A DNA stretch of 22,762 nucleotides from Octopus sinensis (taxonomy: Eukaryota). The notes beneath the pieces were generated by a model. The model was given only the letters and a program-made list of their open reading frames with translations. It was not told where the DNA came from and did no database searches. The DNA lies in assembly GCF_006345805.1 (NCBI RefSeq), contig NW_021836731.1:1-22762 (forward strand), given 5' to 3'. Positions 1-10,494 of this stretch are shown here, piece by piece. The translations under genes and the position numbers were made by a program. Within the stretch, counting starts at the first letter, position 1, and the number at the start of each line of letters is the position of its first letter.

Positions 1-146
1 TTGAGCCCACTGCGTGGCACCTTGGGGTGCAAGTGTCTTTTACTATTGCCTCGGGCCGACCAAAGCCTTGTGAGTGGATCTGGTAGACGGAAACTAAAAG
101 AAGCCCATCGTATATATATATATATATATATATAATATACATATGC

Positions 147-185
<39 letters not shown>

Positions 186-415
186 CACATGTTTATGTGA
201 GTATGTTTGTGTGTCTGTGCTCGTCTCAGCACTACCCACCATTGCTTGACAACCGATATTGGCGTGTTTACGTGCTCGGCAAAAGATACCGCTAGAATAA
301 GTACTAGGCTTATAAAATCTGAGGTCGATTTGTTCGACTAAAGGCGGTGCTCCAGCACGGCTGTAGTCAAATGACTGAAAAAAGAAAAGAATAATAAAAA
401 AAGAATAAGAGAATA
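1..415 (+). mobile_element. SINE-like family A copy (5' end outside window) with internal (TA)n(TG)n microsatellite
   Basis: Head ...CCCACTGCGTGGCACCTTGG...CCAAAGCCTTGTGAGTGGATCTGGTAGACGGAAACT, microsatellite at ~111-182, and tail ...GACTAAAGGCGGTGCTCCAGCA...GACTGAAA. The same blocks recur at 6945-7090, 16213-16540, 20512-21093 and 21999-22282. Confidence 0.85.
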
Positions 416-418
416 AGC

Positions 419-630
<212 letters not shown>

Positions 631-867
631 GTATGTATAAGGAAACGTTGTGTGTGTAATTTTTATATGTCTGTATGAAAAAATATTTGTGTGCGTATAG
701 ATATATATATATATATATATGAATGTAGGTGTGATAGAGTGTCTGTGTGTACGTATGAATATATGCACTTTGGCAAGCAAATATTTAGTATGTATGTATC
801 ATTGTCTGAGACTGCATTGTTTACAACAGCCCAGGTACATTTGTTCTGCGGTACAATAACTATCCAG

Positions 868-1005
868 GTGGGACACGCTGAATCTTCTCGGGAAATACAT
901 TATGGGTGTACGTGTTTGTGGAATCAATTTGTGCGATGAAACCCTTTGAGGCAGTGCCCCAGTATGGTCGTAGATCAATAACTGAAACAAATGAATGACT
1001 AAAGA
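868..1005 (+). mobile_element. Degraded SINE remnants: family B tail piece joined to family A tail piece
   Basis: GACACGCTGAATCTTCTCGGGAAATACATTATGGGTGTACGTGTTTGTGGAAT resembles 4824-4875. The following AAACCCTTTGAGGCAGTGCCCCAGTATGG...ACTGAAACAA resembles the family A tail at 338-380. Confidence 0.55.
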
Positions 1006-1762
1006 TATGTAAGTGTGTGTATGATATAAATGTTATATATTCTAGATAAACAAATGTTCGGGTATTCTCATTTTCTTTTTCCAGGAAAAATTTACAAATT
1101 ATTGTTATTAAATGTACGTATATGTGTGTATGTGTGCACACGTGCACGTAAATTTGTATCTGTATATGTGTGTGTTTAAATCTTTGTATATATAATTGTG
1201 TATATCTAAGTGAGTATATGTAAGAGTGTATGCTACATATACGTACGTATGTATGCATGTATGTATGTGTGAGTATACATACATATTTGTGTTTAAATCT
1301 GTTTATATATGTATAAGTTTGTATATGTTTATATGTTTATATGTGTATAAGTTATATGCGTATAAGTTCACATATGTATAAGTATGTGTGTATATGTCTA
1401 AACTTCTATGCAAATATTTTTTGCTTCTTGCTTTTTCATCTTTTAACACGAAATTTGATCCCCTCTTATCAAAAAATAACAAATTATATATCATTGATTC
1501 TCTATAATTCCAATATTTTCCGGCAAAGAAATATATATATTTTTTTATTGTTTCCCAGACTATTGTCACATTATTATTTTAATGAATTTAAGCGATTTAA
1601 CATTAAATCTGTCCGACTTAACAGTTGAATGCTCACACGAAAATTATCTCGAGAAAAACTTGTGTCCGCGTTAAAAATAAAAGTAGAAAAGGTCAACGAT
1701 AAAGTTATATAAATCGATTGAAACTTGTAAATTTAATGTGTTTTGGAAACTACATTACAATT

Positions 1763-1870
1763 TAGGCAGTGAAGTGGCAAAACACTGCTGAGTGTTCGGA
1801 ATAAATGGTAAGCAATGTTTTGTTTCGTCATTCTGCGATCTGAATTCAAACCTTAGCGGAGTTAATTGTG
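1763..1870 (+). mobile_element. Degraded family C SINE-like head
   Basis: GGCAGTGAAGTGGCA...AAATGGTAAGCAATGTTTTGTTTCGTC...TCTGAATTCAAACCTTAGCGGAGTTAA resembles the reverse complement of the family C copies at 5830-5896 and 9365-9468. Confidence 0.45.
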
Positions 1871-2417
1871 ATTCTATTGAAATATTTATTAGTTATATGA
1901 TTCTCTGATATTTTAATGCCGTCAAGCTTAATATACCTATCTTCCCTGTTATGTTATGATAAACCAGGTCAGTGGTATGAGACGTTTTGGCACAGCCGTT
2001 TTGGCGCTACCTACTTGGTGTCGCTGACTCGATGCCGTCCTATTTGATATCTGTCGTGTTAACGTTTCTCTCTCATTTTAATGTTTCTCTCCTTCTTTCC
2101 CTCCTCCCCTCACTCCCTTCCTTCCGCTTCTCTCTTTGATTCTGTGCGTCCGTGTGCGTGTGCGTGTGAGTGCGTATGTGAGTGTGTTTACGCACGTACG
2201 TATATGTCTCCCCTATGTGTGTGAGGAGAAGAAAAGTGTTTATGCTAATCGTGTTCAATTAATAAATTGTAATGTTTGTATGTCTCTCTCTCACATTTTC
2301 TATCTACAAGTGTATATTTTTGCGCAGGCGTGAGGCGCATGCGTGCGCCTGTATGAGGGCTTGTGTGAGTGTGTGTATGTGTATGTCTGTGTGCGCGCGC
2401 ATATTTCTTTACTCCAG

Positions 2418-2524
2418 TTCCAAAGTGCACTGAATGTCCTGTCAATGACGTCAAATCATTAGCCGCCATGCTGCAGCACCCAGCTGTCTCATTGTACGGA
2501 CCAGACGCTCAGTTTCCAACATGA
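2418..2524 (+). CDS. Candidate terminal coding exon of an unidentified host gene (xPKCTECPVNDVKSLAAMLQHPAVSLYGPDAQFPT*)
   Basis: Pyrimidine-rich acceptor TTTCTTTACTCCAG (AG at 2416-2417), an open frame of normal composition to TGA at 2522-2524, GC above the flanks, and long non-repetitive sequence downstream (possible 3' UTR). Protein not recognised. Confidence 0.35.
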
Positions 2525-3355
2525 CCCTATTCATGTCGCGGGAATTGAACTACCTGTGCTCTCTCTTGGGAAACAGCAGCCTCATTTCCACTGTTTTAGT
2601 AAGGACTTCAAACGATAGAAGTGAGGCGACAGATGGTCGTTGGAGATGTAACAGTTTGTTCTATAAAAGTAACGAAAGGGAGAGGCATAAACGAGATTGC
2701 AAGTGTAAATTGACAATAGAACAACCACTTCTACCCAGTCTAATTTAACAAAAATCGATTTAAACATATTCCACTCCTACAAATGTTTGTCACTGTGTTT
2801 ATCTAACAATTTAACATTTACTTTGGAATTATAACCATTAAAAAAATATATCTTATCTTTCCTTTTTCTTGATGTATTTGTAGGTAAGTGTCCTCCGTGT
2901 TGTTATTTCACAAGACACACAGCCAGCTGAATGATGGAAAACGAATTATAAAAAATGGATGGTAAACACTGATTAAACGAAGATATCCGAGTATAGTATT
3001 TATTTTTTGCTATATGTCTGTTTTGGTAAATGAATAATGAAAATGGCAGATTGAAACTGATTAAAACAAGACCACGAAGTAGAGTAACAACGCATGCTCA
3101 TATAAGCTAACTAGCGATATATCTTTCTATCTGTTGTTTAGCTGTAAATTATCCATTATCGAACTGTTTACCGTCGAAGATCTGGGTTAAGTTTCTTGAG
3201 AAAGATTTTACTTTAATGCTCATAGTCCAAAGACACACCTAACCGAATACTTTATCTTCTTATCATATCCGAGCATATCAGGAAGCTTACAAACTGTCGT
3301 TCGACCTTCTAGATATATCAATCCTGGTGAACCGACATGATCAAAAATAGCAATT

Positions 3356-3470
3356 CACGTAATGTTAATTTCAGTTAACGTTCAAAATCACTTAACGTTA
3401 ATTTCACTTACCGTTATATTTCACTTAACGTTAATTTCATTAACTGCAACGTTAATTCCATTTCACTTTA
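3356..3470. repeat. Imperfect 16-17-bp minisatellite (CACTTAACGTTAATTT) x ~5-6
   Basis: Units CACGTAATGTTAATTT, CAGTTAACGTTCAAAAT, CACTTAACGTTAATTT, CACTTACCGTTATATTT, CACTTAACGTTAATTT. Confidence 0.8.
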
Positions 3471-3990
3471 GGGACGTAACCGTTTAATATCTAAACGTCG
3501 CAAATCGTTGTGAGGAAAGTCAGAGTGGTTTGTATCGACCCTATTAAGTCATTAGCTTCCATTTTTTGCGGAGGGGTCGCTTACAAAATCGATATTATTG
3601 AAGAAACAAATGTTCATATTGATACGCTGACCATTCCCAGCCAAGGTTATTCCAATGGCCCGATGGCTTGTTTCCAGTTTATGCAGGATAAATCGCCTGA
3701 GAAAACAATTCCCCTGGATAGTATGCTGGTCTATCCCAGGTAGATTATCCCACATGCATTGAAAGTTAATGTATGAATACGTTAAACTAACAGCGTTACC
3801 ATTTCTTGGAAAAGCGAGCTGTTTTTCTCTTGCAGCAGATGTTTAAATCTAGTTGGACTGGGTCGTTTGAAAAATAGATACGGAGGTCACGAATAGAGAA
3901 CGGAGCCGAACAGAGAATACGAACCTACGACCCCGCAGTAAATTGTTCGATAGCTTATTGTTTCGTCTAAGTCTAAAAGGTTCTATTATT

Positions 3991-4069
<79 letters not shown>

Positions 4070-4170
4070 TAAAGAGAAAGAAAGAGGGAAAGAGAAAGAG
4101 AAAGTGAAATAAAGATAGAAAAACAGAAAGAAAAAGAGAAAGAAAGACTGAAAAAGAGAAAGACAAAAGA
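3991..4170. repeat. (TG)n-(GA)n microsatellite followed by purine-rich low-complexity tract
   Basis: Direct reading. Confidence 0.9.
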
Positions 4171-4588
4171 ATGAATATTAGTGGAGATCATGTTATGTAA
4201 AATTCCTTTCTTTATAAATCATGATTCGAACTCGAGTGTTGAGCTTTTTTTTCTCCTACAGAGCTTAAGTACCACAGCAAATATTTAATGCAACAATATG
4301 TATAACGTAAAAGAATAGTGATTTGAAATCTAAGCAGATGCCTTATTACTGCTCTGATGTAATCCAGATCTGGCTAACTACATCGAACGATAAGGAACAT
4401 ACAGAATTGTTTAAGATAAACGGTGACACCTTATTTCACCTAAGAGGTAAATCTTGAGTTCGTTTCATTAGATTTCAGACAACAAACAATGTGAACTTAA
4501 TGCGAATAATACTGCGATAAACAACTTTTGAAGCTGTATAATTCTCCATTCTTTTTTATGATGTTTTGACTATATATATTCTGAATGT

Positions 4589-4966
4589 GGAGGAGCAATG
4601 GCCTAGTGGTTAGGGCAGCGTGCTCGCAGTCGTAGGATCGCGGTTTCGATTCCCAGACCGGGTGTTGTGAATGTTTATTGAGCGAAAATACCCAAAGCTC
4701 CGCAAGGAACCGGCGGGGATTGGTGGTGAACCCTGCTGTACTCTTTCACCACCACTTTCAATCTTTCTTTCTGTTTCTGTTGTCCTTGTATTTCAAAGGG
4801 GCCAACCTTGTCACACTCTGTTTCACGTTGAATCTCCCCGAGAACTACATGAAGGGTACATGTGTCTGTGGAGTGTTCAGCCACTTGCACGTTAATTTCA
4901 CGAGTAGGCTGTTACGTTGATCGGATCAACTGGAACTCTCGCCGTCGTAACCGACGGAGTACCACG
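4589..4966 (+). mobile_element. Full-length tRNA-derived SINE, family B, with target-site duplication
   Basis: A-box-like TGGCCTAGTGG and B-box-like GGTTTCGATTCCC. Colinear with 13271-13646. TSD ATATTCTGAATG (4576-4587) / ATATTCTGTATG (4967-4978). Confidence 0.9.
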
Positions 4967-5015
4967 ATATTCTGTATGCTGTATGAAATCCAATGAAAAG
5001 ATTCATGTATAAATA

Positions 5016-5034
5016 TGTTTGTGTGTGTGTGTGT

Positions 5035-5066
<32 letters not shown>

Positions 5067-5087
5067 TGTGTGTGTGTGTGTGTGTGT
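5016..5087. repeat. (TG)n microsatellite
   Basis: Direct reading. Confidence 0.95.
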
Positions 5088-5562
5088 AGTCACGTATCAG
5101 TTACAGAAGATATTAGTTACAAAGTAAACTTGGTGGGTTTCTATAATGTATGTCTTTCTTCTTTGTGTTTTTAACTTTCGTTTTTTATTCTTATTTTTAA
5201 TATCTAATATCTAATATCGATAAGCTGAGTTATCTGAAATTCCAGAACCATTGCTCTTCAATATGCATACATAAACAGAACTGACATCCAAAAAGCTATG
5301 TCAAAAGTAAAAAGGGTATTTTGCGCTGAGAAGGAAGAAAATGCTGAAAGCAAAATCATGTGGCGGACGCCATTTTTTGGTAATGGGTATTTTGCTTTGA
5401 GCACCGGAAACGCTGTCATATTACTTGAAGCGATGCGCCACAACGGATATTGATATATACATAATTATACTTAGCTGAATATACTTATAACAGCCACAAT
5501 AATAACAATAATAACGACAACGACGACAACAGCAACAACAACAACAACAACAACAATAACGA

Positions 5563-5896
5563 TGGTCTCAAAATTTGACACAAGGCCAGCAATTTCGGAG
5601 AAGCGGGTAAAATGACCGATAGCATTGACCCCAATGTCGAAATGGTATATATTCTATCGACCTGAAAGTATGAAAAGTAAAGTCAAACTTCAGCGGAATA
5701 ACAACAATAATAATAATCCCTTCTATTATAGGCACAAGGCCTGAAGTTTGTAGGGAGAGGCAGACGATTAGATCGACCCCACTACACAACAGCCACTTAA
5801 TTTATCAACCCTGAAATAATGGAAGGCAAAGTCGACCCCGGCGAAATTTGAACGCAGAACGTAACGGTAGATGAAATACCACTAAGCATTTCGCCC
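5563..5896 (-). mobile_element. Two adjacent family C SINE-like copies (5563-5698 partial; ~5717-5896), each next to an (AAC/AAT)n tract
   Basis: Shared motifs CACAAGGCC...TCGACCCC...GAAAG(G/T)ATGAAA-GG-AAAGTC...GAATTTGAAC-CAGAAC...CTAAGCATTT. On the minus strand, GTTCAAAT is a B-box-like motif. Confidence 0.75.
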
Positions 5897-6641
5897 TGAA
5901 GCAGTGAGTTGGATGTTGCAGCGATATGGGTTCATCCGGAATTGCAGATAAATATGTGTCTAGACGTTTTTTGAAGACTTCTCTGTCTACACCTGTGGTC
6001 GGGCATTACAATGTTGTGGTCCCTTGAATTTCAAGCTATTGCAATATTGGATTCGTATCGTCGATGGAGATGGGACCTTTAGTACTGTACAGTGCCGTTC
6101 TGTTGTAGATTTCGATTCCGAAATTTGGAGCTAGACCCTCCATTATTTCCCATATGTATAGCACTATGTATTTCCCTCAACCTCCCCAGTAGCCCATGTG
6201 TTTTACTGAGTTTATCTTCTTTGTATAGTGACGTTGTTCCACAATTAGTTTTACACTCTGTCGGAACCACAGTTGGGAGCAGTAGTCCTGACGACTGGGG
6301 ACAAAGGTTCCCCAAAGCAGAAGCATTGTGTCTTTGTACCTGGTCCTGAAGGATTAACAGATCCAGCCTGCCACCCGCCTGCACAGAATTGCTATCTGAG
6401 CAATGTGCACATGGGAAGTTGCGTCGTTGCTCATGTAGATTCTCAGGTCACGCACCGACTCTAACTCTGGGATTACATTGCCTGCTGGTCCTGTGTACTT
6501 CAGTTGTAGTTTGTTTCTGGGGTGATAGCAGAGTGCTTGAAATTTTGCAGCATTGAACTGCATATTATTCTCATCAGCCCATTCATATATTGCTTTCACG
6601 TCATTCTGCAGTCTTAGGATATCAGTCGGATTCTTGACCGC

Positions 6642-6643
<2 letters not shown>
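5897..6643 (-). pseudogene. 3' fragment of ORF2 (RT C-terminus) of a CR1/L2-group LINE, frameshifted
   Basis: Minus strand reads DILRLQNDVKAIYEWADENNMQFNAAKFQAL...ESVRDL-IYM...CRRVAGWI, then YCSQLW-P and VFKKRLDTYL...PDEP across frameshifts. These are typical post-FADD motifs of CR1/L2/Crack RTs. Truncated at a (TA)n array. Confidence 0.8.
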
Positions 6644-6687
<44 letters not shown>

Positions 6688-6690
<3 letters not shown>

Positions 6691-6894
6691 GAAAGAATTT
6701 TTAGTAGAAAGAATAGCTATAACTCTTTGACTGCTATTTCTAAATTCGGTGTGTGGTGAGGCAATTCGTTGCTAAACCCTTAATTGCTTAGTATTACTTA
6801 AATTTTCCTCGAATGAGGCTTTTACATGCCGAAATCTACTTGGTGTAATTAATAATTATTCCAAATTAATTAATTTCACCCTTTATTGTTACTG

Positions 6895-6898
<4 letters not shown>
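6688..6898. mobile_element. Unclassified ~210-bp insert flanked on both sides by (TA)n
   Basis: Non-repetitive sequence between perfect (TA)n at 6645-6687 and 6899-6940, with a short duplication TAGTAGAAAGAAT at its left end. Confidence 0.5.
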
Positions 6899-6944
<46 letters not shown>

Positions 6945-6945
<1 letters not shown>

Positions 6946-7090
6946 GACAGTCTTCTTTCAGTTTCCGTCTACCAAATACACTCACAAGGCCCGAGGCTAT
7001 AGTTCAAGACCAAGGTGCCACGCAGTGGGACTGAACCCGGAACCATGTGGTCGGGAAGCAAGCTTCTTACCACATAGCCACTCCTGCGCC
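6945..7090 (-). mobile_element. Family A SINE head (tRNA-like), running into (TA)n
   Basis: Reverse complement GGCGCAGGAGTGGCTATGTGGTAAG...CCGGGTTCAGTCCCACTGCGTGGCACCTTGG matches 21999-22160. Confidence 0.88.
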
Positions 7091-7175
7091 TATATTTAAT
7101 CATTCTGTTTGTTAAGTTTCAATTCTTTTATGAAAAGTTCTTAACACTCTATATAGGTTCCAAATTTTGGTACAC

Positions 7176-7348
7176 AGCCAGCCATTTCAAGGGAGGGGGT
7201 AAGTTGATTATATCGACCCCAGTGTTCAAGTGGTACTTATTCCATAGACCCCCAAAAGGATGAAATGCAAAGTCGGCCTCGGTGGCATTTGATCTCAGGA
7301 TGTAATGTCAAGAAATGCCGCTAAGCACTTTTAACTGACGCGGCAACG
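7176..7348 (-). mobile_element. Family C SINE-like copy
   Basis: ATCGACCCCAGTGTTCAAGTGGTACTTATT...AAAGGATGAAATGCAAAGTCGGCCTCGGTGGCATTTGATCTCAG...CCGCTAAGCA. Confidence 0.75.
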
Positions 7349-7449
7349 ATACTACCACTTTTACTTTTCTGTATATTAAATTTTGTAAATATACGTGTGT
7401 ATGTTTGTGTTTGTTTGTCTGTATGTATATAAATATGTGTTTCTTTGCG

Positions 7450-7585
7450 TCTGTGTTTGTCCCCCTTTACACCTCTTGTAGAACAACTATCAGACTTTAC
7501 AAGGAATGAATAGTTGGGTTGATTTATTCGCCTAAAACCCTTCACAGCGGCACTCCAGCGCAGCCTCAGTCTATTGACTGAAACA
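7450..7585 (+). mobile_element. Degraded family A tail
   Basis: GTGTTTGTCCCCC...GATTTATTCGCCTAAAACCCTTCACAGCGGCACTCCAGC...GACTGAAACA resembles 325-380. Confidence 0.6.
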
Positions 7586-7699
7586 TCTGGAATGTGGACA
7601 TTACAAAACTCGGAGAAATGTTTCCGATATAGGATTTAAAGCGTTGTAGTGGAAAATAGCATATCGCTGAATAAAGCAGAGCTGATATTGTAGGAAAAT

Positions 7700-7940
7700 G
7701 AAGGACGGTGGCCTTGTGGATGGTGTGCTGCGATCACGATTGCAATATTGTGGTTTCCATTCTCAAGCCGGGTGGTGCATTGTGTTGCTGATCTCCATTT
7801 TACATTGCTTCAGTTCAACCAATTGTAAATGATTATCTTTGAGACAAGGACTGACTTCCTTTCAAGGGAAAATGTGACCTTGCTCTATACGCTATGGAAA
7901 CCGGGTGGCCGATGTCACGAGCCTTAGGATTCGAAATAGT
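7700..7940 (+). mobile_element. Old tRNA-derived SINE (B-like head, different tail)
   Basis: GGTGGCCTTGTGGATGG...GTGGTTTCCATTCTCAAGCCGGGTG resembles the family B head. Its middle resembles the reverse complement of 15770-15830. Confidence 0.5.
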
Positions 7941-8382
7941 AATGTTCAGGACTTGTTGATGATGACGATGATAATGGTGATGACAATGAAAATGACGACG
8001 AAGATGATGATGTGGTTATCGATAAATAATCAAACAAGTTATTACAATCAATAATTGTTCACTCGGAGACGGTGATATTTTCTACAGAGTATTAAAGAAA
8101 ATTGATAACTGGTCGGAATTTGGAGCTAAGAATGTAGAGACATTGTGTGACATCAATAATAGTCGAAGAAATCTAGCCTCAGTTCTCAAATAGATTCCAT
8201 TCCACCACGCAAAAACAAATATTAAAGCCATATAAAAGTCAGCATTTTTTAGAACTTCACGTTTTATTTGATGTTTATAGACCTGAAGAAAACAGACAAT
8301 ATTCTTATTTTCCAGCAGTCAATACTTACATTGGCCTTCATGAAACAACAACAGCAACAACAGTAATAATAATAATAAACCA

Positions 8383-8895
8383 AGCAGTGGCTTTCATGGC
8401 TTTTGTTCTTAACTGATTGGAAATGTTATCGTACATTGCTTTGTCTTGATATAAAAATGAACAACAGCAAATATTCTGCTCAATACCACAAGTTTGCTTG
8501 TCAGTTGCTTCACCTCAACCAGTTGAGCATGTCCCATAGTGGCTGACGATATATGCATCTCTGATCACGAGCAGAAGTAGTGGGGGAGAATCATAGCCAT
8601 ATGTTGAGAGGGTTTCTTTGGGTCTTGAATAATGGCTGGAAACATGGCTGTTTCAACCATCAACCTTAAAAAAAAATTCATTCAAGGACTTTGTGAGCAG
8701 GATAGGCTACTCGACCTGAATAAAATTCTAACTGGTCCCTATCTGCAAGGTCATGCGCTGCTTATCGTTATACAAAATCACCCTGTCGTGCGCATATGGT
8801 TGGAATGCGCGCGTCTGGTGTACACTTATCAGACGATGGTCATGATGGGTATATCGGGTTTCGTATATTTGTACCCCAGCGTTACTTTGATGGCA
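8383..8895 (-). mobile_element. Unclassified interspersed repeat, possibly the 5' region of a non-LTR element
   Basis: Complex sequence bounded by an (AAC/AAT)n tract and a family C copy. Recalled as a common octopus repeat, but single-copy in this window, so not demonstrable here. Confidence 0.3.
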
Positions 8896-9632
8896 AGAAG
8901 GCTTGAAATTATGAGGGTGGGGATAAGTCGATTAAATCAACCAACAGTACTTATTTTATCGACCCCGAAAGGGATGAATGGTAAAGTCGACGGCGTCAGA
9001 ATTTGAACTCAGACGGACGAAATGCTGCTAACAATTGTTATGTACTGACGCTTCATGTTATCGTGCCACCCTTTTTATTCTGATTTTGGGAGGAAATCTA
9101 TTAAATTAATATAAATCTATCCCCAGTAATTTATTTTCTCGACCGCCAAAAGATGAAAGGCCGCTGTGACATCGGTGGTGTTTGAACTCAGAACGGAAAG
9201 AACCGAAACAAATATCACAAGTCATTTTTACCACGCTGCCCATGGCCTAAAATTGCTATTAAGACACAAAGCCAGTAATTTTGAGGGATTGTGGTTGATT
9301 GATAGTTGACACCAATGAACTCAGTATGTGACTGTTACTTTACCGACGCTGGAGTACTGAAAAGCAAAGTTGACCTCCGTATTATTTGAACTTATAAAGT
9401 ATAAGGCTGGAAGAAATATAACAAAACATTTTGTTCGACGCACTAATGATTCTGCCAGCTTGCTGCCTTTATTCGCTTGTAATTACAGGCACAAGGCCAG
9501 CAAATTTCAAGGGTTGAAATTTGGGTATATCATCAACTTGAGTGGTATTTACTTTAAAGATGTCAGAAGGATAAAATGCAGAGTTGACCACTACACGATT
9601 TGAACTCAGAGAATAAAGAGTTTGGAAAATGC
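8896..9632 (-). mobile_element. Head-to-tail cluster of four diverged family C copies (~8896-9070, 9083-9240, 9258-9468, 9486-9632)
   Basis: Motif ATGAA(A/T)GG-AAAGT-GAC...ATTTGAACTCAGA recurs near 9001, 9181, 9385 and 9598, all in the same orientation. Confidence 0.7.
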
Positions 9633-9939
9633 GTTAAGAACAAGATGAAGACAGGAGTCGAAAATTGATTCCAATGCTTGCCTAATCTAATATTTCACCA
9701 AAGATTTGCCTTTCATATCTCTGAGGTTGGTAAAAAAGTACCAATTATCATAGCAATACCACGTACCAAAATGGCGATGTTTTATAAACAAATTACATTC
9801 TACACGCACACATACGCACTAAGGCATACGGACAAAAATAAACACACACACATATATTTATGTATGTGTATCTACGTACGGAAATACGTATGTATATGTA
9901 TATGTATGTATGCATGTTAAGCATACACACATACACACG

Positions 9940-10007
<68 letters not shown>

Positions 10008-10012
<5 letters not shown>

Positions 10013-10472
10013 TAACATCCCCACCGCCCTGCCCCTAGCCACATTCAAATGGCTAATGTCCCTTATGTGATGGAGCAGTTACTGTCTATATCTCGTTTAG
10101 AGAATTATTATTGCTGTCGAACAGATTTTCGAAATCAGTAAATGTATTTACGTGAAAATCTATATATAAATATCCTGCACAGGAAGTTGTTCGTCGAGGA
10201 GCGGTGCCTGCCATACGTTGACGATAGGCAAATACCTTGAAACCTGGGTCCGTATGTGGCATCCGCTTCTTCGGGGAATGATCTCCCTTTGCAGGATAGA
10301 GGACACCGTGATGGTGTCAGCCTATCTGGTGACGTTGATGATCGCCTGGGGCTAAATACATCAGTAACACCCCCACCGCCCTGCCCTGTCCCTAGCCACA
10401 TTCAAATGGCTAATGTCCCTTATGTGATGGAGCAGTTACTGTCTATATCTCGTTTAGAGAATTATTATTGCT
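10008..10472 (+). mobile_element. Non-coding element with ~110-bp direct terminal repeats (period 352 bp) inserted in (TA)n; retrozyme/Penelope-pLTR-like
   Basis: 10008-10115 is repeated at 10360-10472, differing by 2 substitutions and a 5-bp indel. (TA)n on both sides; internal hammerhead motif. Confidence 0.8.
10209..10261 (+). ncRNA. Type I hammerhead ribozyme motif (variant core)
   Basis: Stem I CAUACG (10212-17) / CGUAUG (10251-56); core UUGACGA (10218-24); stem II AGG/CCU; GAAA (10239-42); stem III ACC-UG-GGU; cleavage triplet GUC (10248-10250). Confidence 0.7.
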
Positions 10473-10494
10473 ATATATATATATACACACAGAA

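Noticed and set aside
1980-2060. Degenerate ~14-15-bp repeats (CGTTTTGGC...) resembling a DNA-transposon end
   Set aside because: Only two clear units and no partner TIR found.
3356-3470. CRISPR-like array
   Set aside because: Repeats are adjacent with no unique spacers, and the context is eukaryotic.
3510-3755. Overlapping 77-aa (+) and 67-aa (-) ORFs in unique sequence
   Set aside because: No recognisable motif, non-ATG start on +, and no convincing splice-site pair. An exon cannot be excluded but is unsupported.
4589-4665. tRNA gene (also 13271-13345, 15830-15902, 21999-22070)
   Set aside because: A/B boxes are present but there is no complete cloverleaf; each continues into a SINE body, with TSDs in two cases.
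8821-8867. Type II hammerhead-like arrangement on the minus strand (UAUAC-GAAA...AUC...CUGAUAA-GUGUA)
   Set aside because: Stem II pairs, but stem III cannot form (CCC opposite CCC) and G8 is A.
10008-10472. Assembly artefact or LTR/TRIM explanation for the direct repeat
   Set aside because: The two repeats differ by substitutions and a 5-bp indel, and there are no TG...CA termini or evident PBS/PPT.
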